Part shown: one piece after another, positions 34,784-44,600 of the stretch | Layout of the letters: the number at the start of each line of letters is the position of its first letter | Numbering within the stretch: the first letter of the stretch is position 1 | Source of the DNA: a virus | Lineage: Duplodnaviria > Heunggongvirae > Uroviricota > Caudoviricetes | Virus record (IMG/VR): IMGVR_UViG_3300037466_001997 | Location: 132,142 to 196,141 of that record | Length of the DNA: 64,000 nucleotides | Direction: 5' to 3' (one strand) | Position numbers and translations under genes: made by a program | The notes under the pieces: generated by a model | Seen by the model: only the letters and a program-made list of their open reading frames with translations | Told to the model about the DNA's origin: nothing | Databases searched by the model: none

Positions 34784-37218
34784 TATACATTTCTCTTGGT
34801 TGGGTCTGACTGGCCGTAGTTCTGCATGGCATCCTCTGCCGTGATCACATTATCTGGATTCTTGCGAAGGTATGGAACCTTCTTGACAATTGAACGGGCT
34901 GGCGCTGTGCCAAGATCGGTTGACTTGCCGGTCATTTCCGGAATTTCCTTGGCTTGGCCTTCCAACCAATGCAATGAAGCTGCATCAGCATGATAGCCAC
35001 CCTTCGAAAAGACCGTGGTATCGCCACCAGAAGACGTTGCCATATTGCCACCAGAACGTATCTTGATGTCTCCACCGGCTTCCATGGTGATGTTTGCAGC
35101 CGCCACGAAATCAATATTTTCGGCTTCGATAATCAAACGATTACATTTTATTTGCATCGTTTCGGCAACCAAAATATCTTTTTTGCCAGAGATATGTTCA
35201 ACCGAGTCGTTTCTCGATAGCATCGTTACCGTGCCATCGGCATGTAGGGTCATGTCAGATGTCGAGCGAATGCCGATATCGTCTTTCACCGACATTACCA
35301 TGCCGCCCATGGTTAGATGATATGTGTCGCCGGAAGTAACGTTGTACATGTTACCTTGACTTTTGATCAAAGTTGTACCTTCCGAACTGATTGCCAGACG
35401 TGAACCGCTTCTATGCTGTAGGTTAACTCTTTCCGCACCCGGCGTATCGTCCATTTCCCATAGATGGCCTGTCAAAGAGGCGTATGTAAAATTGAACGGA
35501 TACTGTGGAGCTTCTGACATTGGCGGTTCCCCGACAGTTCCCTTTTCACCCGCTGTAGGGAAACCGCCAATACGAGCGTCATTGTTCTTCAACAGTTCGG
35601 GTTGGAACATGTTGCCGTTGAAGCCAACGGCAGAGTGGTGTGTGGATGGTTTGCCTTGATAGCCGCCATATGGCAGTGAACCGGAAGCATCACGAAAACC
35701 ATTCTGAATGGAAGCGTTACCGGCACCAGCACCGCCAAGGTATTCTTGGGCTTTGGCCAGTCGTCTTGCCGTGTCGGCATCGCCATAATAGCCACCGGCA
35801 CCGGGAAGTGCATAACCTTCATAGCTGGCCATCGCTTGGTTGGCAGCATCAAGCGAAGTCGCATTTTTCAAAGCATTGCCTGAACCAGCACGGGCACCGC
35901 CCGGAGCCAATTCGGACAAGAAATAGTCTATCTGACCAGATGCAGAGCCACCGGCACCAGATGCCAGCATACCGGTCTTTCTATCACCCAACCATTGGAA
36001 CATACCGGTTGCACCAATGCCGTTTGTGATCGTAGGGCTGAACCCGGATTCCGAATATGCGTGTGCCTGTGCGGCGGCAATGGCATATTCGTTATAGCCT
36101 TGTGCCCGCATTTTTTCGGCAAGCAAATCCTTGGCTTCATTTGCCGTTTGTGGTTCGTTTGTTGTCGAACCGGTCGTGGTCGGGTCGGTGTTGGCCGAGC
36201 TTGTCGAATTGTTTGATGTCTGGGTGTTCGACGTGCGAACATCCTTCAATCCCGGTTTGCCCGGATACCATCCGGCCTGCTTGATCGCATCAATGAACCA
36301 TGCCGCTTTAGCGCCGTTCCAAGTGCGTCCAGAGCCTGTATCGATGTGGATGAAGGTAGGATACAGCCCAAAGCCCACAAAGCCGCACTGGACCGCTGTC
36401 TGTGCGAATCTGGCTAGGTTGCCTTGATCGCTACCGCCAATCGAGGAATAGGGGATATCGAAGGCACGACCATGCAAATGCTGCGAATTTTTTGCAGCGC
36501 CTTGAAGCGTTGCGTTATAGGCAGGGGTTCTGTACGCCGAATTGATCTTTGGTGGCGTTCCCCAACGTCTCGCCAGTTCTTCCAAGGCAAGCGCCGACGC
36601 ATAGTGAATGAACAGCGACGAATCGGCATCTTTACAAGCCAAGCCGTAGTCGCCACGGGCTGGCGTTGATTTATAGATTTTCAGCGGCCAATTTGGAATA
36701 TTTTGTTTTGTTAAGTGCGAGCCATCATCAGCAATGGTCGAGCCACCGCCCGGATTGATTTGTGGCTGTGGATAAAATTCACCAGTGACCGAATTTGGAT
36801 TTGGTGGCGTTGGCGCACCAGAATAGATCGAGTCCTTTGTGTGATAGCCAGCCGCAGAGTTGCCGATGGTCGATGATGGTCCAGATGGCGCATGAACACG
36901 TGGCATGGCACCAAGCACAAGCGGAAATTGTGCAGTCTCGCCATCCAAGAAAATGACAAACACCCATGAGTCCGGCTTCAAATAGTTTGGTGAAAATCCG
37001 ACACCAGAGGTTGAAGCGGATGATTGCAGAACCTGTGCCCATGGCAAATCGACTGTCGGAACCTTGGACCTGTCGGCAGGATGGAAACCAAAGCAACGGA
37101 CCTTGACACGTCCGAGCGTGAGTGGGTCTGCAATGTCTTCAACGACACCAATTGCAAATACGGAATTACCCTTGCCTAAGAAATTTTCGAAATTTTCCAA
37201 TTTATACCTTTTCGCCAT
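34783..37218 (-). CDS. gp5: baseplate hub spike (gp5-like) with peptidase M15 and tail-lysozyme domains
   Basis: OB-fold GVVED..DPL.LGRVKVRCFG.H...LPWA; SAYR...N...GAAKNSQHL.GRAFD...FIHID; ES.F.P...GA.G.FQW...R; YP.N....GH..E.DDTPGAER; beta-helix C-terminus. Confidence 0.92.
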   Translation of the reverse strand: MAKRYKLENFENFLGKGNSVFAIGVVEDIADPLTLGRVKVRCFGFHPADRSKVPTVDLPWAQVLQSSASTSGVGFSPNYLKPDSWVFVIFLDGETAQFPLVLGAMPRVHAPSGPSSTIGNSAAGYHTKDSIYSGAPTPPNPNSVTGEFYPQPQINPGGGSTIADDGSHLTKQNIPNWPLKIYKSTPARGDYGLACKDADSSLFIHYASALALEELARRWGTPPKINSAYRTPAYNATLQGAAKNSQHLHGRAFDIPYSSIGGSDQGNLARFAQTAVQCGFVGFGLYPTFIHIDTGSGRTWNGAKAAWFIDAIKQAGWYPGKPGLKDVRTSNTQTSNNSTSSANTDPTTTGSTTNEPQTANEAKDLLAEKMRAQGYNEYAIAAAQAHAYSESGFSPTITNGIGATGMFQWLGDRKTGMLASGAGGSASGQIDYFLSELAPGGARAGSGNALKNATSLDAANQAMASYEGYALPGAGGYYGDADTARRLAKAQEYLGGAGAGNASIQNGFRDASGSLPYGGYQGKPSTHHSAVGFNGNMFQPELLKNNDARIGGFPTAGEKGTVGEPPMSEAPQYPFNFTYASLTGHLWEMDDTPGAERVNLQHRSGSRLAISSEGTTLIKSQGNMYNVTSGDTYHLTMGGMVMSVKDDIGIRSTSDMTLHADGTVTMLSRNDSVEHISGKKDILVAETMQIKCNRLIIEAENIDFVAAANITMEAGGDIKIRSGGNMATSSGGDTTVFSKGGYHADAASLHWLEGQAKEIPEMTGKSTDLGTAPARSIVKKVPYLRKNPDNVITAEDAMQNYGQSDPTKRNV

Positions 37219-38656
37219 TGCTATTTGGCCAAACCGGGGTCACTGGCGTAGCAGAGCTTCCATTTGTGCTGATTGGGCCAGTAGGACGGGCCGGAAATTC
37301 GGCTGTGACTTCCTGTCCTTCCGACAGACTTTCTGTAGGATTGGATGGCAGAACGTCTTGATCATATGCGTTCTTGACACACTGCATCACACATGAATAA
37401 CCGCTTCCATTGTATATATGACGAATGCCAAGCACCAAATATTCGCCGGAAGTATATCTGTTTATCTTTCCTTCAATATCTGTAGTTGCACCCCATTCTG
37501 GGAACTGTAGATTGACACGATCACCGGCACGGCGTTCAGTGTCGCCGGGTATGGTAACTTCCACCAGAACGTTATCCAGCAAACCAAAAGAACCAGCCAT
37601 GATATGGTAATAATCTGGTTTTTGGTCCTTATCCACGCCAGACCCAGACTTGTTCGTCATGAACAAGTTTTGCATTGACGTTTTGGCATTGACATAATTG
37701 TTATCTTGAGAAATAAACTTACCACCTTTTCCGGTATGCTTGATGTCACCGAAATTGGTAATATAATCATATGCTTGTTGTGTAAATTCAGAGTAGATCG
37801 GATCAAGGTAATAGCTGGTATTTTCCCAACCACCCTTGACACCAACCCGGTCTGCATTGAACAGATGGATGAATTCGAAATGATCGAATTTCAACATGTC
37901 ATATGGTTTGGTCGATTGACGGGCACCGCCGCCAGCACCCGTGCCTGCATCGTCTCTAGGAGAGGAATCAGGACGTTCCCAGTTCTTCAAGGTTGACCAG
38001 TATTTGTCTATTACCGGATGACGCTTGGTAATCAGTTCGTCCACGGTAACGAATTGAAATCCATCACAATTTTCGAAATAAAGAAAGTTTGACGCTTTGT
38101 ATGTGGCGCTTTTGGATTCTCTGATCAGGAAGTCGATGGCCTTGGTAGGCTTCATGTTCGGAATGACGATGGTTCTTTGACCTTCTGTTTCCGAGGCAGT
38201 CAATGTCTTCTGTGATTGCAGATATGTTTTGTGGATGTCCTGAACCATTTCAGACGTGGTTTTCTGTCTGTATGATTGCTGAACACGGGTTTGGAGATTG
38301 GTAAGATATTCAGCCGACGCCAGATGGATGATATAGCCCATCATTCTTGGCTTGATACGATGCCCATTTTCAACGGACATGACACGAAACGTCACATCAA
38401 TATCTTTCAGAACCGAATCATGTGGCGTCTTGAATTTGATATGAACTGTTTCTTGTCCGACAATTGGAACGATGTTGACGAGAGACAAGGCGTCACCGAT
38501 AAGCAAGTCTCCGGTCAAAAAAGGCGAAGTCAGGCTTTCATAGATAGAAAATTCCCTGACAACAGCCTTCAAATCGAAGGGATCACCGCCAAGGTCGCTC
38601 TGGATTGTGATGGAATCGATAAAAATCGATCCGGCTGGAAATTTTTGTTCTGCCAT
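37202..38656 (-). CDS. baseplate hub protein (gp27-like)
   Basis: IYES...PF.TG.L.I.D...PI.GQE, F..FEN..G..F, I.IPG.....AGD, SG.YL....H; between gp53 and gp5. Confidence 0.75.
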   Translation of the reverse strand: MAEQKFPAGSIFIDSITIQSDLGGDPFDLKAVVREFSIYESLTSPFLTGDLLIGDALSLVNIVPIVGQETVHIKFKTPHDSVLKDIDVTFRVMSVENGHRIKPRMMGYIIHLASAEYLTNLQTRVQQSYRQKTTSEMVQDIHKTYLQSQKTLTASETEGQRTIVIPNMKPTKAIDFLIRESKSATYKASNFLYFENCDGFQFVTVDELITKRHPVIDKYWSTLKNWERPDSSPRDDAGTGAGGGARQSTKPYDMLKFDHFEFIHLFNADRVGVKGGWENTSYYLDPIYSEFTQQAYDYITNFGDIKHTGKGGKFISQDNNYVNAKTSMQNLFMTNKSGSGVDKDQKPDYYHIMAGSFGLLDNVLVEVTIPGDTERRAGDRVNLQFPEWGATTDIEGKINRYTSGEYLVLGIRHIYNGSGYSCVMQCVKNAYDQDVLPSNPTESLSEGQEVTAEFPARPTGPISTNGSSATPVTPVWPNSNGEKV

Positions 38657-39222
38657 TACTTCAATATGGTCTTCAATTCGGCTTCAATTTGTGGAATGAA
38701 GTTCTTCTTGATCAGAGAGATATGACGTTTGCTTTCATTCAAATCATGTTCATAGTCATAGCAATAGACCAATTTACGATCTTCATCTGCTAGTCCAAGA
38801 TATGTAGTCTTATCTACACGCAATGAGCGTTCTTCGATTATGGTTCCATCGACATTTACTGTTCTTGGTTGAATGATTTGATAGTAAGCGTAAATTCTCT
38901 GGGTAGCAGCGGGGACAGAACCATATTTCTTTTCCAGATATGCTTCAAATTCATGGGTGGAAAGCGGCCAATCAAAATAAGGGTCGATGCAGAAATTGGT
39001 CAAAAGAATAAGTTCAGACAGTTCCGGTCGCTGATAATAGCGCTGCGCAACCATGAATGGTTTTTCACCGTCTCTTACAGTGTATTCAAACAAAATTTCA
39101 GTGTATTTCAATACAATATCACGAATCTTGAAACGAAGCATGATGTTGGTAGCTGAAATTGGCTGACCATTTCTGTTTATATCGTAATCTATTTTTGGAA
39201 AAGGATCGAAAAACGCCGCCAT
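38656..39222 (-). CDS. gp53: baseplate wedge subunit (gp53-like)
   Basis: F..FP...Y, Y...DGE.P...A...Y, N...DP.FDWPL, YE...NE.KR.I. Confidence 0.92.
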   Translation of the reverse strand: MAAFFDPFPKIDYDINRNGQPISATNIMLRFKIRDIVLKYTEILFEYTVRDGEKPFMVAQRYYQRPELSELILLTNFCIDPYFDWPLSTHEFEAYLEKKYGSVPAATQRIYAYYQIIQPRTVNVDGTIIEERSLRVDKTTYLGLADEDRKLVYCYDYEHDLNESKRHISLIKKNFIPQIEAELKTILK

Positions 39223-40130
39223 TAGTAACCTTTCGAAATGTCTTCTTTGGTAAGAATAGAAAGTTCCTGAAATTCCAAGTCTAGAGTGACTGAAAGAGGA
39301 ATATTCAACCCAGAATCTGTTCTGATATAGGATTTTGTACCTTCACCATGAGGATTATAAGTAACATTTCTAAGAGCGCATGTCAGGATTTTAAACATGT
39401 ACTTGTCGTCACCGTTGCCAATAGTAATTCGCCAAACATCCGGGTATTTGAACACGTTGTCTTGGAAGGCAGCATCGAATGACGGGTGCATACCGTACTT
39501 GAATTCCTTCACGATTGCCGCAATCGTATCGGCTTCTTGCTGATTTGAAGGAATAAATTTATATGAAAATTGAAATGATCTGAAATCTGGTGAGCGATAC
39601 AAAACCGCCTTATACGGGTTAACCGCAAGGCCGGTCACACGGGAAAACGTGTTGTATACCGTATCGAAATCCTGTGCTTTGTCGAGTGCCCACGCCTGCA
39701 AAAGGTCTTTGCCTTTTTCGGCAGTAAACTCATTGCCAAACTGAACAACAGCGTCCTTCAAGCCGCTGAATCCCTTACCTTTAGCATTATTGTAAATGTT
39801 CGCTGCATCCCCAGACAAGGTGTTACCCAACACACCAAGATTTTCATTTTCCCAGTCGGCGTTGTAACTCACCTGTAGATTTATGGGGGTTGGCAGGGAA
39901 ATGAGAGAACCGGCTTTTGATTCTACCGGCGCTGTTCTGGCATCAGAACGGGAATATTCGTAACGCTGAAAATGGATAATGTGGTTCCATTCAGTCGTTA
40001 GCGTTTTTGGAAACGTAAGCGGCGGCGATGTGCTGGAAGACGAGCTACTGTCAGTAGTTTGACTACCTTCAATTTGTGAAGCGCCAGTATATTTCGTTGT
40101 TGAAGTTACTTTTGTGCCGACCAAGTTCAA
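39222..40130 (-). CDS. gp48: baseplate tail tube cap (gp48-like)
   Basis: NP....LY..P.FRSF.F.YKF.P....EA..I..I...FK....P, YP.V..I, L.L.F.E. Confidence 0.85.
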   Translation of the reverse strand: MNLVGTKVTSTTKYTGASQIEGSQTTDSSSSSSTSPPLTFPKTLTTEWNHIIHFQRYEYSRSDARTAPVESKAGSLISLPTPINLQVSYNADWENENLGVLGNTLSGDAANIYNNAKGKGFSGLKDAVVQFGNEFTAEKGKDLLQAWALDKAQDFDTVYNTFSRVTGLAVNPYKAVLYRSPDFRSFQFSYKFIPSNQQEADTIAAIVKEFKYGMHPSFDAAFQDNVFKYPDVWRITIGNGDDKYMFKILTCALRNVTYNPHGEGTKSYIRTDSGLNIPLSVTLDLEFQELSILTKEDISKGY

Positions 40131-40153
40131 ATGCCTGTATTAATAGCTTGAAT

Positions 40154-40170
40154 CTATTTAGCTATAAATA
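40154..40170. promoter_or_regulatory. divergent late promoters (gp4 on +, gp48 operon on -)
   Basis: TATAAATA on + at 40163-40170; CTAAATA variant on -. Confidence 0.7.
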
Positions 40171-40175
40171 CGGAC

Positions 40176-40676
40176 ATGGACAAATTTCTACTTCCGGAAG
40201 AAGACATAAAGAAACGGCGTAAGGCCAAATCTAAAAGGTCTAAGTATCCAACACCGAGATATTTTATCCCGGTTAATCCCCAGAAATATGTAGGGAATGC
40301 AAACGCCATTGTCGCCCGCTCAAATTTAGAGCGTCGATTCTTCAAAATTTTCGATATGAATAATAATGTATTGCAGTGGGGAAGTGAGGAAATGCATATC
40401 AAGTACCTATCATCCGTTGACGGGAAGGTACATCGCTATTTTCCTGATGTGGTTTTGAAGCTTAAGGACCGGACCGGCAAAACCAAAATTTATGTGATCG
40501 AGATTAAGTGCAAAGCACAGTGCAATCCGCCTAAGAAGCGGAATTCACAAAAATATCTAACGGAAATGGTGACGTATCAGACCAATCAGGACAAATGGCA
40601 AGCAGCAAAAACGTTCTGCGAAAAGCGTGGTCTGATTTTCTATGTTCTAACCGAGGAACATCTAGGCGGATTCTAA
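40176..40676 (+). CDS. gp4: head completion nuclease (T4 gp4-like, TnsA-like PD-(D/E)XK)
   Basis: P.NP.KY.G....I..RS..E..F, W.SEE..I.Y.S..D...HRYFPD, EIK, N..KW.AA. Confidence 0.93.
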   Translation: MDKFLLPEEDIKKRRKAKSKRSKYPTPRYFIPVNPQKYVGNANAIVARSNLERRFFKIFDMNNNVLQWGSEEMHIKYLSSVDGKVHRYFPDVVLKLKDRTGKTKIYVIEIKCKAQCNPPKKRNSQKYLTEMVTYQTNQDKWQAAKTFCEKRGLIFYVLTEEHLGGF

Positions 40677-40850
40677 AAAATTGCTGTCTTTCTGTTGAAG
40701 TTCAGCAATGATGTCCGGATACTTGTTTTCAATGGCGTCACATAATGCCATTTCTACAGTATAATCTTCTTTAGATTTAAACTTGTTACTTAAGTCAACA
40801 CAGGCATTTGTATATACTAAAATTATAGCTTCTTTATGTCTTTCAGTCAT
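40662..40850 (-). CDS. hypothetical protein
   Basis: likely start MTERHK overlapping the upstream stop. Confidence 0.5.
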   Translation of the reverse strand: MTERHKEAIILVYTNACVDLSNKFKSKEDYTVEMALCDAIENKYPDIIAELQQKDSNFLESA

Positions 40851-41106
40851 AGTCCCGTAATATGTAAGCCAAAGGGATTTGGCGAATTTCCATATCAGTA
40901 TATAGACGGGAATGAACAAGTTCTGTAACATTTTTATCTCTGTTACATTGGGGCGATCCCAAATTCTTTTTTTGGATATTTCGTTGATAAAACACTGCGC
41001 CCTTATCAGGATGAACAATCCACCAAAAATCCACCAAAACTTCATAGCCGGTTTTCGGCTTCTGCAATTCCTCTAACGGAACGAAGCGGAGATAATTAGC
41101 GTTCAT
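40843..41106 (-). CDS. hypothetical protein
   Basis: MNANYLRF...SPQCN; packed operon. Confidence 0.6.
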   Translation of the reverse strand: MNANYLRFVPLEELQKPKTGYEVLVDFWWIVHPDKGAVFYQRNIQKKNLGSPQCNRDKNVTELVHSRLYTDMEIRQIPLAYILRDYD

Positions 41107-41401
41107 TTTCCAGATGATCCACAAATGTTTTCGCCGCACGAATCCAGTAGAAACCCGCCATACCGAGTGTGCAGGCAAGGATGTTGGCCAAAGCGTCCAT
41201 CTTGCCTTCCATGACGGCAACATCACGCTTGGTGGTTTTATGGGAACGGATCAGATTTTTGTGTGTCCGGTAGAGGTTCATCAGACGAACCCACACCAGA
41301 GACTGGGTGGAATCGAAATCCCACCCCGCTGGTGCTGGCCATTTTTGCGGCCCTGAAAGGCTGTCGATTGTAATTGTTTGGGTTTCGAATTCAGCGATCA
41401 A
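41096..41401 (-). CDS. hypothetical protein
   Basis: 101-aa ORF with overlapping start/stop. Confidence 0.6.
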   Translation of the reverse strand: MIAEFETQTITIDSLSGPQKWPAPAGWDFDSTQSLVWVRLMNLYRTHKNLIRSHKTTKRDVAVMEGKMDALANILACTLGMAGFYWIRAAKTFVDHLENER

Positions 41402-41628
41402 TGCATCTTCTCCCGATCGATCTTATCGTCCATCCATTCACGCTTGGGATCGAACCCCTTGACACCACACCATTCCTCGAATCGAGCCTGCATGAGCTTG
41501 AATTCGTTGAACTTGATCATGTCTGGCGCTTTCATGTCGAACAGCTTGACAAGACGGTTGCACACCGAACGCAAAGAAAATTCGATTTCCGACAAGCTAG
41601 CAGACGGGTTGTCTTTTTTCTTTGGCAT
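41398..41628 (-). CDS. hypothetical protein
   Basis: 76-aa ORF with GAGGG RBS. Confidence 0.6.
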   Translation of the reverse strand: MPKKKDNPSASLSEIEFSLRSVCNRLVKLFDMKAPDMIKFNEFKLMQARFEEWCGVKGFDPKREWMDDKIDREKMH

Positions 41629-41833
41629 TGTCCCTCACAATGAGTTTCATACGACCGTATATAATGAAATTTTTGGGAGTTTCAAGGTTATTTTCGTTTC
41701 TCAACAAGACCGCTTCCATCGGCGCTTGTTTGGCGAATTCAAGGGTTCTCAATATGATGCGAACCTCTACAAAACTACATATAGCTTCCATTACTACCGT
41801 GCCGGTCTTACGGCATCGAATTTCCCAGAGCAT
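41597..41833 (-). CDS. hypothetical protein
   Basis: likely start MLWEIRC. Confidence 0.45.
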   Translation of the reverse strand: MLWEIRCRKTGTVVMEAICSFVEVRIILRTLEFAKQAPMEAVLLRNENNLETPKNFIIYGRMKLIVRDNAKEKRQPVC

Positions 41834-41853
41834 CGAATTTCCCAGATTTAGGA

Positions 41854-42165
41854 CTACAGAGATTTGAACCGGAAGTAGGAGGCAAAAATTCCCTCGATAT
41901 TGGCTTTCCCTATCGGGTTCTGCGAATGCACGTAATAGCTGAAATTCGCAGGAGTAAGAACATCGTTCTTGATATCCCAATCAATCAGCCACCTTGCCAA
42001 ATCGTGTCCAGTTTTTTTGTTCTCCCCCAAATCGTGATCGAAACTTATATATGATGGAGCGCCTTGCGCTTCTATCACCGCAATGGCATCTTCTACAGAC
42101 CGAACGACAACCCATTCGCCATCGGTAGGGTCACGTTCATCGTCTATGAAAAGTCTGTATGTCAT
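41854..42165 (-). CDS. cyclic-phosphate-processing receiver-domain-like protein
   Basis: LFIDDER.P, ISFDHDLG, TG.D.A.W, VHS.NP.G. Confidence 0.8.
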   Translation of the reverse strand: MTYRLFIDDERDPTDGEWVVVRSVEDAIAVIEAQGAPSYISFDHDLGENKKTGHDLARWLIDWDIKNDVLTPANFSYYVHSQNPIGKANIEGIFASYFRFKSL

Positions 42166-42277
42166 GAGGGAAACTAGCGTGAAAAATGATATGAGTCAAC
42201 CGCACGTGAGGCTATTGACATTATTATACATTTCAGCTATGTAAAGTCAGAGAAAGAATTTGGAAGGAATTTTAGTA

Positions 42278-42493
42278 ATGACTAAATTCAAAGACAACAA
42301 ACAGCGGTACATTTATGATCTTTACACGGTAGAACCGCCGAAGCAGAAGGGAAGCGGGCTTTCCGCTTACTACTTCCGTGCTATCGAGTTTCCGGATAAA
42401 AGGAATCTGGCACCAGAGCGTACATCGCTTGCCTATGCCGCCTATGCGGCAGGCCGGGATTTCGCCAAGCGCCAGAAAGCAGCCAATCAATGA
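42278..42493 (+). CDS. hypothetical protein
   Basis: ATG with AAGGA RBS; upstream TTGACA promoter (~42215). Confidence 0.65.
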   Translation: MTKFKDNKQRYIYDLYTVEPPKQKGSGLSAYYFRAIEFPDKRNLAPERTSLAYAAYAAGRDFAKRQKAANQ

Positions 42494-43281
42494 GTGATTT
42501 GACAGAGTTTCCTGCCATCATCGATCTGTCTGGTTATAACCAGAAAATGAGAAAATCTTTTCTGGAAAAGACCTTCTTTCTGACCAAGATACCGGCGACG
42601 GTCTATCTGGATTATGGTTGTGCTGATGGCAGCATGATCGAATTCATGACCAAGCTGTTTCCGGAATTTCATTATTTTGGCTATGACAATGATCCGAAGA
42701 TGATCGAAATGGCCAAGAATTTGAAAGTTCCAAATGCTGTTTTTTCGGCCAATTTCGATGAATTGGTCACGGCTATGAAAAAGATTGATGGGATTAGAGC
42801 GGTAATTTGTTCGTCGCTCATTCATGAAGTCTATGCCTATCAGGTAGGCGGTTCGGTGGTCCAATTCTGGAACAGAATCAACAACAACTTCAATTATGTC
42901 TGCATTCGAGACATGGCTATGACGAGGGAGGCGGAAGGATATGACGTTTCCTCCCATGACATCTGGGCACTTGCCAATTATTATCTGAAAGAAAAGGATG
43001 ATGTCTATATCCTGAACGATTTTCAGAAGAAATATGGGGAAATCACTAAGTTAAAGCAAATGACCCATTTCCTTCTGAAATATCGGTACAAGAACAATTG
43101 GGAGCGTGAGCTAAACGAAAACTATTTTCCGCTCCCAGTCGAAGAATTGCTGAAACAATTCGCCACCGTCGAATACAAGAATCACTATCTTCTACCGTTC
43201 CTGAAAGAAAAGGTTAAGCAGGATTTTGGCATCGAACTTAAGGAGCCTACGCACATTCAGCTTATTGCCAAGCTACGTTAG
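42490..43281 (+). CDS. class I SAM-dependent methyltransferase
   Basis: YLDYGCADG motif I, YFGYD motif II, SSLIHEVY. Confidence 0.8.
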   Translation: MSDLTEFPAIIDLSGYNQKMRKSFLEKTFFLTKIPATVYLDYGCADGSMIEFMTKLFPEFHYFGYDNDPKMIEMAKNLKVPNAVFSANFDELVTAMKKIDGIRAVICSSLIHEVYAYQVGGSVVQFWNRINNNFNYVCIRDMAMTREAEGYDVSSHDIWALANYYLKEKDDVYILNDFQKKYGEITKLKQMTHFLLKYRYKNNWERELNENYFPLPVEELLKQFATVEYKNHYLLPFLKEKVKQDFGIELKEPTHIQLIAKLR

Positions 43282-43354
43282 GTCCAGTTTGCACAACGGT
43301 TCGATCAGGACTGTTGATGTATAGCGGATAAGTTCAGCCGAATTCGGGACGATC

Positions 43355-43555
43355 TTATAGTTTCTGTATGAGATTACAGAACTTGGCGGCGTCCCGAACT
43401 TGTTCTTCGGTATCAAACCAAATTCGATTTTCTGGAAATCCCCATTGGTATTGAGCCGCCGACCAGTCATCATCGCCAAGGTAGAGATAGACGTTGCCGT
43501 CCGTGTCTTTGGCCAAAACACGGGCACAAAATTTTATAACGTCTTTCATCAGCAT
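43355..43555 (-). CDS. hypothetical protein
   Basis: 66-aa ORF coupled to the upstream gene. Confidence 0.5.
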   Translation of the reverse strand: MLMKDVIKFCARVLAKDTDGNVYLYLGDDDWSAAQYQWGFPENRIWFDTEEQVRDAAKFCNLIQKL

Positions 43556-43776
43556 CTGGCGAGGAAATCCCCCGATGGTCGTTCGGTCTTTTGAACCGAT
43601 TGGTGGATATCGTTCAGCTTCTTTTGCTGGCCTTCCGGGTAGGAAGGATCGATATCGTGGACGAACACCATGTTCAGGTGTGCTTTGATAAGCTTGGTCT
43701 GGCGTTCATTTAGGGTATCGGGTTCCTGTAACTCGAATAGACCCTGTAGCCAGTAACAGAATTCAACTGCCTTCAT
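43549..43776 (-). CDS. conserved phage hypothetical protein (FCYWLQG motif)
   Basis: EFCYWLQGLFEL...IK.HL.MVF.H.ID. Confidence 0.65.
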   Translation of the reverse strand: MKAVEFCYWLQGLFELQEPDTLNERQTKLIKAHLNMVFVHDIDPSYPEGQQKKLNDIHQSVQKTERPSGDFLARC

Positions 43777-43999
43777 TTTCATCTTTCCTATACAATTTGG
43801 AAAAGTACGAACGTTTAGTGAGTGTGTCAATCGAATCGACGCTTACTCGCAACACCAACGGAGCGCCATTTTCTGGAATTTTTCTGCCGCCCGCCAAAAA
43901 CAGATGGTCATACAAAAGTTCAATTTTTTCGTCTGGCGTTAAGTCTTTGATTTGGAATTTAAAATCGGCGTACTTAGGCTCTTTTTTAAGAGGCCACAT
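43763..43999 (-). CDS. hypothetical protein
   Basis: 78-aa ORF with GGAG RBS. Confidence 0.55.
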   Translation of the reverse strand: MWPLKKEPKYADFKFQIKDLTPDEKIELLYDHLFLAGGRKIPENGAPLVLRVSVDSIDTLTKRSYFSKLYRKDENEGS

Positions 44000-44284
44000 G
44001 GGGAAACTCCGTAACCAGAAGGACTATCCAACCCAAGGTAGTCAAAAGTAATATCACAAGCTCTGTCGATGTGCTAAACCGCCTGAAAACGCCTGCATTA
44101 CCAAGGCAAGTGATTATGAAAAGGATGAATGCTAAAATTATTACCACTTTAACCCGATCAGTATTAAGTTGCAAAAAGGATGATACAGGCGATAATGAAA
44201 AAGCAGACGCCAAATCCTGCCATGAAGTATTTTAGATTTGTCTTATACATGTCTCACACTATCAAATGTTAAGCCAAATGTCAA

Positions 44285-44449
44285 CTAGCGCAGAATATAT
44301 TTTGCACAGTTCGATTGATCTTTATTGACATGCCAGTTAGCACATTTCCATTCCTCTGGCGAGAGAAGGAAATAATGACTTCGAACGTAAAGGTTTGAAA
44401 ACGCTGCTAGGGTGAGAACCATCAGCCACGCAATAAGGAAACGGTTCAT
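44285..44449 (-). CDS. small membrane/exported protein (54 aa)
   Basis: MNRFLIAWLMVLTLAAF...C...C; ATGA overlap with the upstream gene. Confidence 0.5.
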   Translation of the reverse strand: MNRFLIAWLMVLTLAAFSNLYVRSHYFLLSPEEWKCANWHVNKDQSNCAKYILR

Positions 44450-44577
44450 CGACCGTCCTTAGCGATATCCTGTTTCAATAGATTTCCAGCGGCTATGAAA
44501 ATTTCCGGGTCGGAATGATGCCAAGAAGCACACCCCGCCAAAACCGAACACACTAGAGCTATGCGAATGAAAGTCAA
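44446..44577 (-). CDS. small lipoprotein (43 aa)
   Basis: TTG start with AAGGA RBS; lipobox LAGC. Confidence 0.55.
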   Translation of the reverse strand: MTFIRIALVCSVLAGCASWHHSDPEIFIAAGNLLKQDIAKDGR

Positions 44578-44600
44578 TAAAATTTCCTTAAAAATAGAGC

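Noticed and set aside
40176-40676. TnsA-like transposase or homing endonuclease
   Set aside because: Motifs and position match the gp4 head-completion protein; no transposon ends.
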